Shown here piece by piece: positions 42,137 through 42,916 of a stretch of DNA of 42,916 nt. The stretch is from Deltaproteobacteria bacterium. Its GTDB lineage: Bacteria > Desulfobacterota > Binatia > Binatales > Binataceae. Positions within the stretch are counted from its first letter, which is position 1. The number at the start of each line of letters is the position of its first letter. The stretch is from positions 1 through 42,916 of the forward strand of contig JAJYMR010000234.1 of the NCBI GenBank assembly GCA_021786815.1. Reading direction: 5' to 3'. The position numbers were made by a program, and so were the translations under genes. The notes under the pieces are model-generated. The model was not told the origin of the DNA. It saw only the letters and a program-made list of their open reading frames with translations, and ran no database searches.

Positions 42137-42916
42137 TCACCTGGGAGCGAATGCTTGCACCGCGCGGTCGTCAGGATACGGCGCCCCATCGGCTCTCAGC
42201 GGCAGGATGCATACGTGGGTCGCCCCGGCCTTGAGATGGGCGTCGATACGGTCGCGAATCCTGTCCTCAGTGCCCCACGCGACAATCGCGTCAACCAGCG
42301 CGTCGCTGCATCCGTTTTCGAAATCCGCATCCTTCCAACCGAGGTTCTTCAGGTTGTTGGTGTAGTTCGGCAGGCGCGGGACGTAAGTTTTCATGTACTC
42401 GCGCGCGGCGGCACGCGCCTTGGCCGCGTCGGTTTCGAGGATGACGGCCTGCGCAGCGCAAATCCACGGCTTCGGTCCAATTTGGGCGCGCACCTTCGCG
42501 GTATGCTCGGGCGGTACGAAATACGTGTGCGTGCCGTTGGCCTGGGTGGCGGCAAGCTCGAGCATCTTCGGATGAAGCGCGGCAAGAAGGACCGGCACCG
42601 GCTCCTTGGGCTCCGGCGCCCGGTAAAGCGCGCCCTGCATCTTCGGCAGATACTCCTTCATGTAGCTGTACGGCTTCGAGTACGCGTGCCCGCGCAGGTT
42701 GGTGACGAGCGGCTTGTGGCTCACCCCGATACCGAGCGCGAAGCGGCCGCCCGACAGTTCGGCGACGGTTTTCGACGCCGCCGCCATCGTGATTGCGTCG
42801 CGCGCCCAGATATTCGCGATGCCGGTGGCGAGATTGAGATGCTGCGTATTCGCCAGCAGATAGGCGGCATGGGCGAACGGCTCGCGGCCGACCGCCTCGG
42901 GGATCCAAAGCGCGCG
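42137..42916 (-). CDS. Luciferase-like monooxygenase (LLM) class oxidoreductase, probably F420-dependent; 5'-truncated by window edge
   Basis: The frame stays open to the window end. It translates as RALWIPEAVGREPFAHAAYLLANTQHLNLATGIANIWARDAITMAAASKTVAELSGGRFALGIGVSH, which is typical of LLM/F420 oxidoreductases. The track ORF starts at an internal Met. Confidence 0.85.
   Translation of the reverse strand, partial: RALWIPEAVGREPFAHAAYLLANTQHLNLATGIANIWARDAITMAAASKTVAELSGGRFALGIGVSHKPLVTNLRGHAYSKPYSYMKEYLPKMQGALYRAPEPKEPVPVLLAALHPKMLELAATQANGTHTYFVPPEHTAKVRAQIGPKPWICAAQAVILETDAAKARAAAREYMKTYVPRLPNYTNNLKNLGWKDADFENGCSDALVDAIVAWGTEDRIRDRIDAHLKAGATHVCILPLRADGAPYPDDRAVQAFAPR

Noticed and set aside
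1-42916. CRISPR arrays, tRNA, rRNA or tmRNA genes, transposases, phage genes, or known defence-system genes.
   Set aside because: I saw no regularly spaced repeats, no tRNA T-arm/cloverleaf candidates in intergenic regions, and no ORF with matching family motifs. This rests on a manual scan only.

Overview
High-GC, gene-dense bacterial chromosomal segment, probably from an uncultured organism (phylum not determinable from sequence alone). I support 38 protein-coding genes, one of them 5'-truncated at the right edge. I found no rRNA, tRNA, CRISPR array, transposase, integrase or phage genes. Many long ORFs in the track are antisense or off-frame artefacts of the high GC content. From left to right the window contains: a minus-strand operon of crotonase, split B12-dependent acyl-CoA mutase and nitroreductase-like protein; prs; an RRM/RGG RNA-binding protein; a GntR regulator divergent from an RND pump plus adaptor; a second, inverted nitroreductase-like paralog; a same-strand cluster of fixC, fixX, a small ORF, a long SagB/nitroreductase-like protein, a glutaconate-type CoA-transferase A/B pair, a second long SagB-like paralog and a 4-TM protein; three translationally coupled PaaK/ANL-type adenylate-forming homologs, two with degenerate catalytic motifs, convergent with a U32-family protein; a thiolase; a CBS protein; a PQQ-type sugar dehydrogenase; a YbaK-like deacylase; an SDR; an orphan rtcA; a DinB polymerase fused to an HhH-GPD-like domain; czcCBA with an overlapping tspO; a GST; a membrane-anchored alpha/beta hydrolase; a lipoprotein; and an LLM-class oxidoreductase. 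The best candidates for undescribed biology are the FixCX/SagB-like/CoA-transferase cluster (13.0-20.5 kb), the ANL trio with U32 (20.8-25.2 kb), the DinB fusion, and a two-copy non-coding element in the two ~375-nt divergent intergenic regions. All functional calls rest on manual motif recognition without database searches.
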